Shown piece after piece: positions 1-9,999 of a stretch of DNA of 64,000 bases. The notes under the pieces were generated by a model. That model saw only the letters and a list, made by a program, of their open reading frames with translations, was not told the DNA's origin and did no database searches. Numbering within the stretch: position 1 is the stretch's first letter; every line of letters starts with the position of its first letter. Location: the NCBI GenBank assembly GCA_963788655.1, contig CAWBHS010000076.1:128001-192000 (forward strand), in the 5' to 3' direction. The translations under genes and the position numbers were made by a program. The stretch comes from an uncultured Verrucomicrobiae bacterium (GTDB lineage Bacteria > Verrucomicrobiota > Verrucomicrobiia > Limisphaerales > JAFGQR01).

Positions 1-663
1 GCCACCGGCACGGAAGAGATGAGTGCGAGCATCAAGGAGATCGCCAAGAACGCCCAGGACGCCGCCAAGGTCGCCGCCACCGCCGTCAAAGCGGCTGAGA
101 CGACGAACGCGACGGTGACCAAGCTGGGCGAAAGCAGCGCTGAAATCGGCAAGGTCATCAAGGTGATTACTTCGATTGCCCAACAGACCAATCTGCTCGC
201 GCTCAATGCCACCATCGAGGCCGCGCGCGCCGGCGAGGCGGGCAAGGGCTTCGCCGTCGTGGCCAACGAAGTCAAGGAACTGGCCAAGGAAACCGCCAAG
301 GCCACCGAAGACATCAGCCAGAAAATCGAGGCCATCCAGTCTGACACCAAGAGCGCCGTCACGGCCATTGCCGAAATCAGCACGGTGATTAACAAGATCA
401 ACGACTACCAGAACACCATTGCCAGCGCCGTGGAAGAACAAACCGCCACGACCAACGATATCAGCCGCAATGTGGCCGAAGCCGCCAAAGGCAGCTCCGA
501 GATCGCGCAAAACATCACCGGCGTGGCCCAAGCCGCCAAGAGCACAACCGTCGGCGCCAATGACACGCAACAGGCCTCGGCCGAACTCGCCAAGATGGCC
601 GCCGAACTCCAGCGACTGGCCAACCAATCGAAGCAATCCTCCAGATCCTCGGTTGCATCGTGA
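1..663 (+). CDS. Methyl-accepting chemotaxis protein, C-terminal signalling domain (5'-truncated by window edge)
   Basis: Hairpin tip [37 protein letters not shown]; frame is open to the window start. Confidence 0.95.
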   Translation, partial: ATGTEEMSASIKEIAKNAQDAAKVAATAVKAAETTNATVTKLGESSAEIGKVIKVITSIAQQTNLLALNATIEAARAGEAGKGFAVVANEVKELAKETAKATEDISQKIEAIQSDTKSAVTAIAEISTVINKINDYQNTIASAVEEQTATTNDISRNVAEAAKGSSEIAQNITGVAQAAKSTTVGANDTQQASAELAKMAAELQRLANQSKQSSRSSVAS

Positions 664-873
664 CTCAGCCACACGGGAACAATGCCACCCTGCGATCTGA
701 GGCTTCCCGGGCCTTCAGGCGCTGCGTCGGCGCGCGCAGAAATGCGCTCGTCGGCGCCCGCCAAGTGGCGTCTCAGGCCCCCAACCCGGGGCTAAACCCC
801 GCTCCCCGAAGCCGCGCGGCTTGGCCCTCCCTCCAGTCAACGGCTGAATCAGTTTCAAATCATAGGAAAGCAG

Positions 874-1239
874 ATGCGCGCACTCGTAGTTGATGATTCC
901 AAAGCCATGCGAATGATCCTGGGAAGATCTCTCAAAGAAATCGGTTTCCAGGTCACGGAGGCGGGCGACGGCCGGGAAGCCCTCGCCCGCCTGAACCAGG
1001 GTGAGGCGGTGGACTTGTTGCTCGTGGACTGGAACATGCCGGTGATGAATGGATACGAACTGGTTTGTGCCGTTCGCGCCAATGTCCTCCTCGGCAACGT
1101 CCGCATTATGATGGTTACCACCGAAACCTCCATGAGCCAGCTCGAACAAGCTCTGGCCGCCGGGGCCAACGAATACCTCATGAAGCCGTTCACCAAAGAA
1201 CTGCTGCTCGAAAAACTCGCCTTGCTGGGCCTGAATTGA
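874..1239 (+). CDS. cheY: Chemotaxis response regulator CheY
   Basis: Stand-alone REC (VVDDS, VDWNMP, KPF) between MCP and cheB. Confidence 0.9.
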   Translation: MRALVVDDSKAMRMILGRSLKEIGFQVTEAGDGREALARLNQGEAVDLLLVDWNMPVMNGYELVCAVRANVLLGNVRIMMVTTETSMSQLEQALAAGANEYLMKPFTKELLLEKLALLGLN

Positions 1240-1245
1240 ACCGCT

Positions 1246-2379
1246 ATGCCCAAAATTCGCGTACTCATCGCCGACGACGCCGTTGTCATTCGGCGGCTGG
1301 TGTCCGATTGCCTCGCCGAGGATCCGGACCTCGAGGTCGTTGGCACGGCGGCCAATGGCCAGATCGCGCTCGCGAAGATCGAGCAGGTCAATCCTGACCT
1401 TATTACTCTCGACATCGAAATGCCGGTGTTGGACGGGCTTCAGACGCTGGCCGCCATCCGGAAAACGCATCCGCGCCTGCCGGTGATCATGTTCAGCACG
1501 CTCACCGAACGTGGCGCGAGCGCCACGCTGGACGCACTTTCCGGTGGGGCCAGCGACTACGTGACCAAGCCGGCCAATGTGGGCAGCGTGGGTGCCGCCA
1601 TGCAGCGCGTCCGCGAGGAATTGATTCCCAAGATCAAGAGCCTGTGCCGCCCCATGCCGGTTCGGACGGCCAATGACGCCTCCCGTCCGAGCGCTCAGGT
1701 CCAACGGACCATTGAGTTCCGGACCGCGATCCTCGCTCGCGCTGAGATCCTGGCCGTCGGCGTTTCGACCGGCGGTCCGAACGCGCTCTCGGCGCTGCTT
1801 CCGGAATTGTCCCGCAACTTTCCGGTACCCATTGTGATCGTGCAACACATGCCGCCGTTGTTCACCCGGCTCCTGGCCGAACGCCTCGCGGCCGTGTCGG
1901 GTGTGCCCGCGCGCGAGGGCGAGGCGGGCGCCCGGCTGCGTCCCGGAGAAATCTGGGTGGCTCCGGGTGGTTTTCACATGGAGGTCGAAGGCAGCACGGA
2001 TGGCACTCGACTGCGCACCTTCGAGGGGCCGCCCGAGAACTCCTGCCGTCCGGCAGTCGATGTGCTGTTCCGCTCCGTGGCGCGAGTGTTCGGCCCCCGC
2101 GCCCTCGCGGTTGTGCTCACCGGCATGGGACAGGATGGTCTGCGAGGCTGCGAATGCATCCACGAGGCGGGCGGCCAGGTGTTGGTCCAGGACGAAGCCA
2201 GCAGCGTTGTTTGGGGCATGCCCGGGGCGGTGAGCCAAGCCGGTTTGGCCGACAAAGTTTTGCCCCTGGGCGAACTGGGATTTGAGATTAACCGTCGCGT
2301 CTGCACCGGCAAAACCCGGGGGCAAATCCCGTTGTCGGCCACGCTCCCTTTGCCGCCTAAACTGGCCCGAACGTCATGA
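1246..2379 (+). CDS. cheB: Chemotaxis methylesterase CheB (REC + esterase)
   Basis: REC plus [26 protein letters not shown] motifs. Confidence 0.95.
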   Translation: MPKIRVLIADDAVVIRRLVSDCLAEDPDLEVVGTAANGQIALAKIEQVNPDLITLDIEMPVLDGLQTLAAIRKTHPRLPVIMFSTLTERGASATLDALSGGASDYVTKPANVGSVGAAMQRVREELIPKIKSLCRPMPVRTANDASRPSAQVQRTIEFRTAILARAEILAVGVSTGGPNALSALLPELSRNFPVPIVIVQHMPPLFTRLLAERLAAVSGVPAREGEAGARLRPGEIWVAPGGFHMEVEGSTDGTRLRTFEGPPENSCRPAVDVLFRSVARVFGPRALAVVLTGMGQDGLRGCECIHEAGGQVLVQDEASSVVWGMPGAVSQAGLADKVLPLGELGFEINRRVCTGKTRGQIPLSATLPLPPKLARTS

Positions 2380-3194
2380 GCCCCGCCGACTTCGACTACA
2401 TCCGCGGTTTCGTCCGCGACCAGGCGGCCATCGTCCTGGAACCGGGCAAGGAGTACCTCGTCGAGTCCCGGTTGCACACCCTGGCGCACAAAGAGGATTT
2501 TGGTTCGGTGGACGCCCTCATCAGCAAGCTCCGCTCCGAGCCGATGAACGGCCTCCATCGGAAGGTGGTGGACGCCATGACGACCAACGAGACGTCGTTC
2601 TTCCGCGACCTCCATCCCTTCGAGACCCTGCGGAAATCGGTGTTGCCGGAGTTGATGGCCCGGGGCGCGCAACAACGGCAGTTGCACTTTTGGTGTGGCG
2701 CCGCCTCGACCGGTCAGGAGCCTTACAGCATCCTGATGCTGATCGCGGAACACTTCCCCGAACTGCTCGCGTGGGACTTCAAGTTCATCGCCACGGACCT
2801 TTGTGGCGAAGTTCTGGCCCGCGCCCGGTCCGGCCGCTTCAACCAGCTCGAAGTCAACCGCGGCCTGCCCGCCACGCTGTTGGTGAAATACTTCGTCCGC
2901 CAGGGATCCGACTGGGAAATTCGAGAGGATTTTCGGCGGCGAGTGGACTTCCGCGAGATGAACCTGGCCAAAGAGTGGCCCTGGCTGCCGCCGCTGGATC
3001 TGGTGCTTCTTCGCAATGTCCTGATCTATTTCGATCTCGAAAGCAAGAAGGCCATTCTCGCCAAAACGCGACGCTTGCTGCGCCCGGGTGGATTTCTTCT
3101 TCTGGGAGGCACGGAAACCACCTTCAACGTGGATGACGAATTCGAGCGCGTTACGTTCGACAAGACGACGTGCTATCGGTTGAAGCAAACGTGA
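2376..3194 (+). CDS. cheR: Chemotaxis methyltransferase CheR
   Basis: [31 protein letters not shown] overlap with cheB. Confidence 0.95.
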   Translation: MSPADFDYIRGFVRDQAAIVLEPGKEYLVESRLHTLAHKEDFGSVDALISKLRSEPMNGLHRKVVDAMTTNETSFFRDLHPFETLRKSVLPELMARGAQQRQLHFWCGAASTGQEPYSILMLIAEHFPELLAWDFKFIATDLCGEVLARARSGRFNQLEVNRGLPATLLVKYFVRQGSDWEIREDFRRRVDFREMNLAKEWPWLPPLDLVLLRNVLIYFDLESKKAILAKTRRLLRPGGFLLLGGTETTFNVDDEFERVTFDKTTCYRLKQT

Positions 3195-3200
3195 AACGCC

Positions 3201-4052
3201 ATGCTTATGATCGACCTCGCCCGCCTTATCGTCCAAGCCAATGAGCTGGCCCCGCTCCCGGCCAGCGCAGTGCGTCTGGCTGAACTGGTCGGCAGCCCGG
3301 AGTGTCATTTGGATGACGTGGCGGAATTGATCGCGTTCGATCAGGCCCTCACCGTCAAACTGTTGCTGGCGGCCAATTCGGCGGCCAGCGCCAGTGCGGT
3401 GCCGGTGGGCGATGTGCGGGAAGCCGTGTCCCGGATGGGCACCGCGCAAGTGCTGGCCCTCATCGTCGCGGCCAGCGCCCGGCCCTTCCTGCAAACCCGT
3501 GTGCCCACCTACGGTCTCGGCGAAGGCGCCTTGTGGCGGCATTCCGTGGCGGCGGCCGCGGCGGCGGAAACCGCGCCGAGTTTCTGTCAGGTGGAAGTGC
3601 CACCGGAAACCTTCACCGCCGCCCTCCTCCATGATGTGGGCAAGCTGGTCATGGGCCGCTTCCTTAGTCCCGAAATCCTCGGCTTCATCCAGCGGGCCCA
3701 CGAAGTCGATCATCTGGGCCAGTTGGAAGCCGAGTCGCTGCTGCTCGACGTGCATCACGGCGAGCTCGGCGGCCTCATCGCCCAGCATTGGAAATTGCCG
3801 CCCCGGGTCGTGCTGGGCATCACTTACCACCACAACCCGGAGCAGGGGCTGGATGTCATTTGTGACCTCACGTATCTGGCCAACCAGGTCGCCAAACGCA
3901 TCGAAGCCGGCCTCGACGGCCGGAAGTTCGACCTCGCTTTCTCTCCCGCAGTCGCCGAACGCCTGGGCCTGACGCCAAAAATGCTTAACAACCTTTGCCC
4001 GATCGCGGCGTCGCGCTTCCTCCAGGTGAGTCGCCGTTACAACGCGGTTTGA
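3201..4052 (+). CDS. HDOD domain protein
   Basis: LAPLP..DQALTVKLLLAANSA, LWRHSVA, ALLHDVGK, HWKLP, YHH. Confidence 0.9.
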   Translation: MLMIDLARLIVQANELAPLPASAVRLAELVGSPECHLDDVAELIAFDQALTVKLLLAANSAASASAVPVGDVREAVSRMGTAQVLALIVAASARPFLQTRVPTYGLGEGALWRHSVAAAAAAETAPSFCQVEVPPETFTAALLHDVGKLVMGRFLSPEILGFIQRAHEVDHLGQLEAESLLLDVHHGELGGLIAQHWKLPPRVVLGITYHHNPEQGLDVICDLTYLANQVAKRIEAGLDGRKFDLAFSPAVAERLGLTPKMLNNLCPIAASRFLQVSRRYNAV

Positions 4053-4057
4053 AAGGT

Positions 4058-4549
4058 ATGAACGCCATCACTCCGAACCTCATCGACGACGTGTGCGACC
4101 TGCTGAGCCGCGGTGTCCGCGAAGTCTTCAACACCATGCTTGCTTTGGAGGCCGAGCCGGAGCCGCCACACGACTGGAGCGCTTCGGGCGAACCGCTCGT
4201 AGCCGGCTCCGTCGGATTTATCGGCGACGTCAAGGGCGTCGTCTATATCCAGGCGGCCGCCCCCTTCGCCCGCATCCTGGCCAACCGCATGTTGGGCTTG
4301 GCCGAGGCCGAGCTGGAGGGCGACGAGATGGTCAACGACGTTGTCGGTGAACTGAGCAATATGATCGTAGGTTCCGTGAAGTCCCGTTTGTGCGATCTCG
4401 GCGCCCCCTGCGTGCTGACCATTCCGTCCATCGTGCGCGGCCACAACTTCGAAATCGAGCCGGCCTGTTCGTCGGAGCGCCGCTCGCTGAGTTTCCGTTG
4501 CGGCACCGACCACATCGTGGTCGAACTCCTCATGAAACATTCCGCGTAG
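4058..4549 (+). CDS. cheX: CheX-family phosphatase
   Basis: GSVGFIG, DVVGELSNMIVG (ExxN), LTIPSIVRG; ATG at 4058 after GAAAGG. Confidence 0.9.
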   Translation: MNAITPNLIDDVCDLLSRGVREVFNTMLALEAEPEPPHDWSASGEPLVAGSVGFIGDVKGVVYIQAAAPFARILANRMLGLAEAELEGDEMVNDVVGELSNMIVGSVKSRLCDLGAPCVLTIPSIVRGHNFEIEPACSSERRSLSFRCGTDHIVVELLMKHSA

Positions 4550-4575
4550 CCTCGCATCAACCTCCCCGCAAACCT

Positions 4576-4962
4576 ATGAGCAAAAAGATACTGACGGTCG
4601 ATGACAGCAAGACCATTCGCATGATTATCAAAAGGGCGTTCCGCGCTCATGATTGCGCGTTTTGCGAAGCCGCCAATGGGGAGGAAGGCCTCGCCGCCGC
4701 CGCCCGCGAAAAACCCGACCTCATCATCCTGGACATCACCATGCCGGTGATGGACGGCATCACCATGCTCGGCAAACTCCGGCAGGACGCTGATCTCAAG
4801 ACCACCCCCGTCATCATGCTTACGGCCGAGTCCGGACAGGCCAACGTTGTCAGTGTCGCCCAACTCGGCATCAGCGATTATCTCGCCAAACCGTTTAAAG
4901 AAGAGCAATTGCTGGAAAAGGCCGGTAAAGCCATCCCGCTTACGATTAAAGCCGCGGCCTAG
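4576..4962 (+). CDS. Single-domain response regulator
   Basis: MSKKILTVDDS, LDITMP, LTAE, KPF. Confidence 0.9.
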   Translation: MSKKILTVDDSKTIRMIIKRAFRAHDCAFCEAANGEEGLAAAAREKPDLIILDITMPVMDGITMLGKLRQDADLKTTPVIMLTAESGQANVVSVAQLGISDYLAKPFKEEQLLEKAGKAIPLTIKAAA

Positions 4963-4977
4963 CCTAAGCTTCACCAT

Positions 4978-5410
4978 CCTGACACGCCTGTCCGGAAAGT
5001 TCCATCCAAAGCCGACGACCTCGGCAAGCGGTACGGCTTGGAACCGCCTTCCGAAGGCGTGGTCCAACTCCCCCGGCTCGTCGCCCGATAGGACGCCAGC
5101 ATCGAGGAAGTCGCCCGGATTGCTTGCCATTACCGCGCGGCTCCTCTGCTCCGCCAATCCCCGCGCCGAGTCCGAGCAGGACTACGGCATCACCACCGCC
5201 GCGGAGTCCTTGATGCGCACCGGGATGGCCCCGGTGAGCCTGCTGGCCATGCTTGATCTGCTGACCCGCGCCATGATCAAAGCCTTCGCCATGTTCCACA
5301 CACCGATCGCTGCGGCCCCCGTGGAGAACTTACCGCCCTTCACCGGCGAACATGTCCTCGGCACGGTGGAATTCTCCGGCAAAGCGACCGGATGGATAAG
5401 TGTTACCCCA
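4978..5410 (+). pseudogene. Degraded HDOD-like/CheX-like gene
   Basis: One frame reads LEPPSEGVVQLPRLVAR*DASIEEVARI (TAG 5089-5091), then shifts to ITARLLCSANP..TAAESLMRTG..HVLGTVEFSGKATG; no clear start codon. Confidence 0.55.
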
Positions 5411-5479
5411 AAACTGCAGGACCGCCCATTGTTCGTGTTTCAAAAATTCATTTCCTATCACTTTCAGCCAAGCCCGAAT

Positions 5480-5534
5480 AAAAAAATGGAAAAAATGCTA
5501 AAGCCAGTGAACGCCCTGCCGCGCCTGCCGATGT
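5480..5534 (+). promoter_or_regulatory. Putative sigma28 (FliA) promoter of flagellin with A-rich upstream tract; spacer abnormal
   Basis: TAAAG at 5499-5503 and GCCGATGT at 5527-5534; spacer 24 nt rather than 15. Confidence 0.45.
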
Positions 5535-5620
5535 CCTGAGTGTTGAGAAGACAGGTGGTTGGCCACCTTGAAACGCCAACCGGGGCAACGGTGAGCCCCC
5601 GCCAAACAACCGTTCACCAG

Positions 5621-5680
5621 GCGTCACGGACGTCGCTTAACAAAAAGAAAAAACCACCTCCAAAAGGTGGCTCACGGAAA
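5621..5680 (+). promoter_or_regulatory. Putative CsrA-binding sites in the flagellin leader
   Basis: CACGGA at 5625-5630 in a short GC hairpin and CACGGA at 5673-5678 at the RBS position. Confidence 0.45.
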
Positions 5681-5688
5681 GACGAAGT

Positions 5689-6498
5689 ATGGTTATCAAC
5701 ACAAATATTTCCGCACAGAGCGCGGCGCGTTTGCTGATGGACTCCTCCAGCATGCTGGCTAAATCGCTGTCGCGGCTGTCCTCCGGGTCGAAGATCACCT
5801 CACCTGAAGACGATGCGGCCGGGATGGCCGTCTCCATGCGGTTCGATGCCCAAATCAACCGCATCAATGCCGCGGGCACCAATGTCGGCAACGCGATCTC
5901 GTTCAGTCAGACGCAGGACGGCTTCCTGCAAAAAGTCGGTAAAGCCCTGGATCGGATGAGCGAATTGGCCATCCTGGCCCAAGACGTGACGAAGACCGAT
6001 GACGATCGTGACCTCTACAACACCGAGTTCTCGACGTTGAAAGACTATATCAGCAACACGTCGAACAAGGACTTCAACGGGGTCAGTCTGTTCAGCAGCT
6101 CCGCGCTCTCGGTTACGATTGATTCGGATGGCTCCTCCTTCGCCATGGATAACATCGATTTCAGCACGGGAGATGTGGCGGACGCCATCACCAGCGGCGT
6201 CACGATTTCGACTACCACCGCGGCGGCCGCGGCGCTGGAGAGCGTCAAATCGGCGATCGCCGAATTGGCCAGTGACCGCGCCACCATCGGGGCGAACATC
6301 TCCCGGTTGACCTACACGAACGAACAATTGTCGGTGCTGCGTGACAATCTCACCTCGGCTAACAGCCGTATCAAAGACGTGGACGTGGCCGAAGAAAGCA
6401 CCCAATTCGCGCGCTACAACATCCTGGTACAAGCCGGCACGGCCATGCTCGCCCAGGCCAACACGGTGCCGTCAACGGCCTTGCGACTTTTGTCATAA
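5689..6498 (+). CDS. fliC: Flagellin (short, 269 aa)
   Basis: MVINTN..RLSSGSKITSPEDDAAG N-terminus; SRIKDVDVAEE..ILVQAGTAMLAQAN C-terminus. Confidence 0.97.
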   Translation: MVINTNISAQSAARLLMDSSSMLAKSLSRLSSGSKITSPEDDAAGMAVSMRFDAQINRINAAGTNVGNAISFSQTQDGFLQKVGKALDRMSELAILAQDVTKTDDDRDLYNTEFSTLKDYISNTSNKDFNGVSLFSSSALSVTIDSDGSSFAMDNIDFSTGDVADAITSGVTISTTTAAAAALESVKSAIAELASDRATIGANISRLTYTNEQLSVLRDNLTSANSRIKDVDVAEESTQFARYNILVQAGTAMLAQANTVPSTALRLLS

Positions 6499-6527
6499 AC
6501 ACGGTTCGGCACAAAACCTGTTGCACA

Positions 6528-6565
6528 AACCGGACGGTGCGTAAGTACCGTCCGGTTCTGATTTT
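6528..6565 (+). terminator. Hairpin/probable intrinsic terminator after fliC
   Basis: AACCGGACGGTGC-GTAA-GTACCGTCCGGTT followed by CTGATTTT. Confidence 0.6.
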
Positions 6566-6628
6566 AGGCAAGCGCCGCCCCAGGGCGGCCAAAATGTAGA
6601 ACGGTATGAACGCAAATAGCAGATTATT

Positions 6629-8332
6629 ATGGAGTTAGGACTATCCGGCCTGGCTTCGGGATTCGACTGGAACTCGCTGGTGGACCAGTTGGCCGAAGTG
6701 GAACGGGCGCCCGAAAGGCGCCTGCAGAGCGAGCAATCTGTGCTCGGTCAGCGGAATTCCGCCTACGGCAGCATCGCCACCCAATTGACCACTCTGAAAG
6801 AACGCGCCGATGCGTTGAAAGACGTCAGCTTGTTTGACGGCCGCTCGACGCGGGTGGGCGATTCGACCATCGCCACCGCTACTGCGGAAGGGGCCACGGC
6901 CTTGGGCTCCTACACGTTGAACATCACTCAGTTGGCTTCCTCGAGTCGGCAACTAGGGACGTCGAATGTGGGGCAGCCATTGAGTGCGACCAATGATGTG
7001 TCGAGCCTGGTGCTGAGCGAGGCTGCCTTTGCGACCGCGATCACGGCGGGAACGTTCACCGTCAACGGCGCGCAAGTGGATATTGAAACCGACGACACCC
7101 TCCAGGAGGTGTTCGACAAAATCAGCGACGCCACTGGGGGCGAAGTCACCGCCAGTTACGACAGTTCCACCGACAAAATCACCCTGTCCGGTTCCGGTAC
7201 CATCGTTTTGGGCAGCGCCACGGACACGAGCAATTTCCTCACCGTCGCCAAACTGACGAACAACGGCACTGACACCGTCGCCAGCACCTACTCCTTGGGA
7301 ACCGTCGCCCAATCGGCCACCCTGGCCAATGCCCACCTGGCCACAGCCATTTCCGATGGCGGCAGCGGCGCGGGTGAGTTCATGGTCAATGGGGTGAGCA
7401 TCCGCTTCGACGCGGCGACGGATACGCTGACTGATGTGTTGGGGCGGATCAACAATTCCAGCGCGGGCGTGACCGCGAACTACGACGCCACCGAAGACCG
7501 GTTGGTGTTGACCAACAAAGTGACGGGCGACCTCGGGATTGGGTTGACGGACGTGACCGGGAATTTCCTGGCCGCCACGGGATTGTCCAGTGGTACGCTG
7601 GCACGCGGCAACAACCTGCTGTACACGGTCAATAATGGCAGCGAATTGAGCAGCCGGTCGAACACGATTACGGCGGACAGTTCCGGCATTGCCGGGTTGA
7701 ACATCATGGCGTTGGCAGAGGGGACCAGTACCATTGAAGTCACCAGCGACACCACCACGATCAAGAAGGCTATTACCGATTTCATCAGCCAATACAACAA
7801 GGCGCAGTCGTTGATCGACAATTACACCGCCAGCAGCACGGATGCGGACGGGAAAGTCACTGCGGGTTTGCTCGCAGGACAGAGTGATACGTTTGAATTG
7901 AGCTCGAAGCTCCGGGGCAAAGTCAATGCAGTCATGTCCGGTTTGTCCGGCACGCTGGACCAACTGGCGGACTTGGGGATCGTTTCCAACGGCACGGACG
8001 ACACCTTGACGCTCAGCGACGCAACCGCCCTGGACAATGCGCTGGCCAACAACCTCGGTGGAGTCCGGTCGTTGTTTGCGGACAGCGCCAACGGTTTGGG
8101 CACCACGCTCAGCGCGTATCTCGAGAGTCTGGTGGGCGACGACGGTGAACTGGTGACCCGCCAGTCCACCCTCACCAAGCAAATCTCGGACATTGATACG
8201 CAGATCAGCGACATGGAACGGATAGTCCTGGCGAATCGGAAACAGATGATCAACAGCTTTGTGTCCATGGAAAAAGCCCAGGCCCAGATCAACCAACAAT
8301 TGCAGTACCTCACCAATCAGTTTGGCAATTAG
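6629..8332 (+). CDS. fliD: Flagellar filament cap protein FliD
   Basis: GLASGFDWNSLVDQL..ERAP N-terminus; ITDFISQYN; C-terminal FVSMEKAQAQINQQLQYL; follows fliC. Confidence 0.93.
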   Translation: MELGLSGLASGFDWNSLVDQLAEVERAPERRLQSEQSVLGQRNSAYGSIATQLTTLKERADALKDVSLFDGRSTRVGDSTIATATAEGATALGSYTLNITQLASSSRQLGTSNVGQPLSATNDVSSLVLSEAAFATAITAGTFTVNGAQVDIETDDTLQEVFDKISDATGGEVTASYDSSTDKITLSGSGTIVLGSATDTSNFLTVAKLTNNGTDTVASTYSLGTVAQSATLANAHLATAISDGGSGAGEFMVNGVSIRFDAATDTLTDVLGRINNSSAGVTANYDATEDRLVLTNKVTGDLGIGLTDVTGNFLAATGLSSGTLARGNNLLYTVNNGSELSSRSNTITADSSGIAGLNIMALAEGTSTIEVTSDTTTIKKAITDFISQYNKAQSLIDNYTASSTDADGKVTAGLLAGQSDTFELSSKLRGKVNAVMSGLSGTLDQLADLGIVSNGTDDTLTLSDATALDNALANNLGGVRSLFADSANGLGTTLSAYLESLVGDDGELVTRQSTLTKQISDIDTQISDMERIVLANRKQMINSFVSMEKAQAQINQQLQYLTNQFGN

Positions 8333-8369
8333 AGCCGCACCCGAAATCCGCCACCCGGACAAAACTCAA

Positions 8370-9173
8370 ATGCAAGAACTCCAAAACAGCATCCGTTCGA
8401 GCCAGCTCGCTCCGCCCGATGGATCGCGGCGAAAGCCCGGCAGGGTCCGACGCTTTTGGTTTTCGAGGCGACGGATTTCGAATCTCGGAATTCGGATTTT
8501 TGCGGCACTGAGCGGGTTGCTCACGGCCTCGCTGCTCAGCGGCTGCCTTAGCCCTTCGCAAATCGATCAAGCGCTGGGCCCCTCCTATCATCCCGACAAC
8601 ATCCATTGTATTTATCCGGTGATCCCCGACCAGTTGCGCCGGGTGGCCGTGCTGCCGATCAGCGTCAATCAGGGCGATTGGCAGGCCGCGCGCGAACGAG
8701 AGTATTTGCAGCCGGTGTTGAATGCGGAATTCGGCAAAGCCAAGAAATTCGAGTTGGTGATGGTAAGTCCGCAGCAACTGCGCGCCTGGACCGGACGCGC
8801 AGCCTGGCGCACCGAAGAACCGTTGCCCGACAACCTGTTGGGCCAGATGCAGGCGCAACTGGCCTGCGATGCCGTCTTGTTTACCCATTTGCACGCCTTT
8901 CACGCCTACAAACCCATGGTCATGGGGTGGAAGCTCGAACTCGTGGAATGCCGTAACCAACAGATTTTCTGGGCGGCCGACGAAGTGTTCGATGCCTCGG
9001 ATGAGCGGGTGGTGCGGGCCGCGCAGAAGTATTCCCAGCAGCACGGCGAGAGTTGGTGGCGGCCCTTGGCCGACCCGGCGAGCATCCTGAGTTCCCCGCG
9101 GCGGTTCAGCCAATACAGTTTGAGCGCCTTGTTTGCCACCCTGCCCGAACGATGTCCCAGTGAACCATTGTGA
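8370..9173 (+). CDS. Putative lipoprotein of unknown function (start uncertain)
   Basis: Hydrophobic stretch ending in lipobox LLSGC; RRVAVLP alpha/beta domain; within the flagellar operon. Confidence 0.7.
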   Translation: MQELQNSIRSSQLAPPDGSRRKPGRVRRFWFSRRRISNLGIRIFAALSGLLTASLLSGCLSPSQIDQALGPSYHPDNIHCIYPVIPDQLRRVAVLPISVNQGDWQAAREREYLQPVLNAEFGKAKKFELVMVSPQQLRAWTGRAAWRTEEPLPDNLLGQMQAQLACDAVLFTHLHAFHAYKPMVMGWKLELVECRNQQIFWAADEVFDASDERVVRAAQKYSQQHGESWWRPLADPASILSSPRRFSQYSLSALFATLPERCPSEPL

Positions 9174-9187
9174 AATTGCACCGATGA
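9161..9187 (+). promoter_or_regulatory. Putative sigma28 promoter
   Basis: TGAA-N15-ACCGATGA upstream of the flgM-like gene. Confidence 0.4.
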
Positions 9188-9254
9188 TCATTAATGGAAT
9201 GGTTGCCCCAAATACTAATGTAAATGAACGGACTGCCAGAAAGGCATTCAGAGT

Positions 9255-9527
9255 ATGCAAATCAATAGTGTTTCCCAGTCGGATGTAAACGCCGCCAGCG
9301 CCAAGGTGCGTCCGACGACGCGGACCGCCCCGGAGGCGGAACCGAAGATTGCGGCCTCGGACACCGGAGCCTCGCAAGAATTGTCCCGCGCGATGGACGC
9401 CGTGCCTGACGTTCGCGCGGAGGCCGTGGCGCGGGGCCGGGAGCTGTACCAGCAAGTCGCCTACCCGCCGACGGAGATCGTGAATGGAATTTCCCGGTTG
9501 ATCGCCCGCTTTTGGGAAGGTGCCTGA
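9255..9527 (+). CDS. FlgM-like anti-sigma28 factor (divergent)
   Basis: 90 aa, low-complexity N-terminus, C-terminal PDVRAEAVARGRELYQQVAYPP..I resembling FlgM; next to fliS. Confidence 0.55.
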   Translation: MQINSVSQSDVNAASAKVRPTTRTAPEAEPKIAASDTGASQELSRAMDAVPDVRAEAVARGRELYQQVAYPPTEIVNGISRLIARFWEGA

Positions 9528-9979
9528 TGTCCGCCCTGCCAACCATGCCGCAAATCAACCCCTGCCACTCCTACCGGGCCGTAGCGACGCAGACGGCAAC
9601 GCCCGGCCAACTGATCCTCATGCTCTACGAGGGTGCGATCCGGTTCCTGGAACAGGCCCGGGCAGGCTTCCATCACGAGGATCCGCTGGAATTCAACCAG
9701 ACCATCAACAATAACATCCAGCGCGCCCAGGCCATCATTCACGAGCTGAACGAGACGCTGAACATGGATGCCGGCGGTCAACTTGCCCGCACCATGCGCA
9801 GCCTCTACGATTACATGGACCGCCGCTTGCACGAGTGTAATCAGCAGAAGACTGAACCCGGCCTGATGGATGTGCTGGACCGGCTCGGCCAGTTGCGGGA
9901 CGCCTGGGCCGAGATGCTCCAAAAGCAGGCCATGGATTCCGAGGCCGAAACCACCTTTCGCCTTTCCGCCGCCGCCTGA
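9527..9979 (+). CDS. fliS: Flagellin export chaperone FliS
   Basis: YRAVATQTATPGQLILMLYEGAIRFL, AQAIIHELNETLNMDAGG, LYDYM, LRDAW. Confidence 0.93.
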   Translation: MSALPTMPQINPCHSYRAVATQTATPGQLILMLYEGAIRFLEQARAGFHHEDPLEFNQTINNNIQRAQAIIHELNETLNMDAGGQLARTMRSLYDYMDRRLHECNQQKTEPGLMDVLDRLGQLRDAWAEMLQKQAMDSEAETTFRLSAAA

Positions 9980-9999
9980 ACCTGAATCCAAACGCGCCA

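Noticed and set aside
5540..5690. Possible c-di-GMP riboswitch in the flagellin leader
   Set aside because: I could not find the GEMM GNRA-tetraloop/receptor consensus; an Infernal search would settle it.
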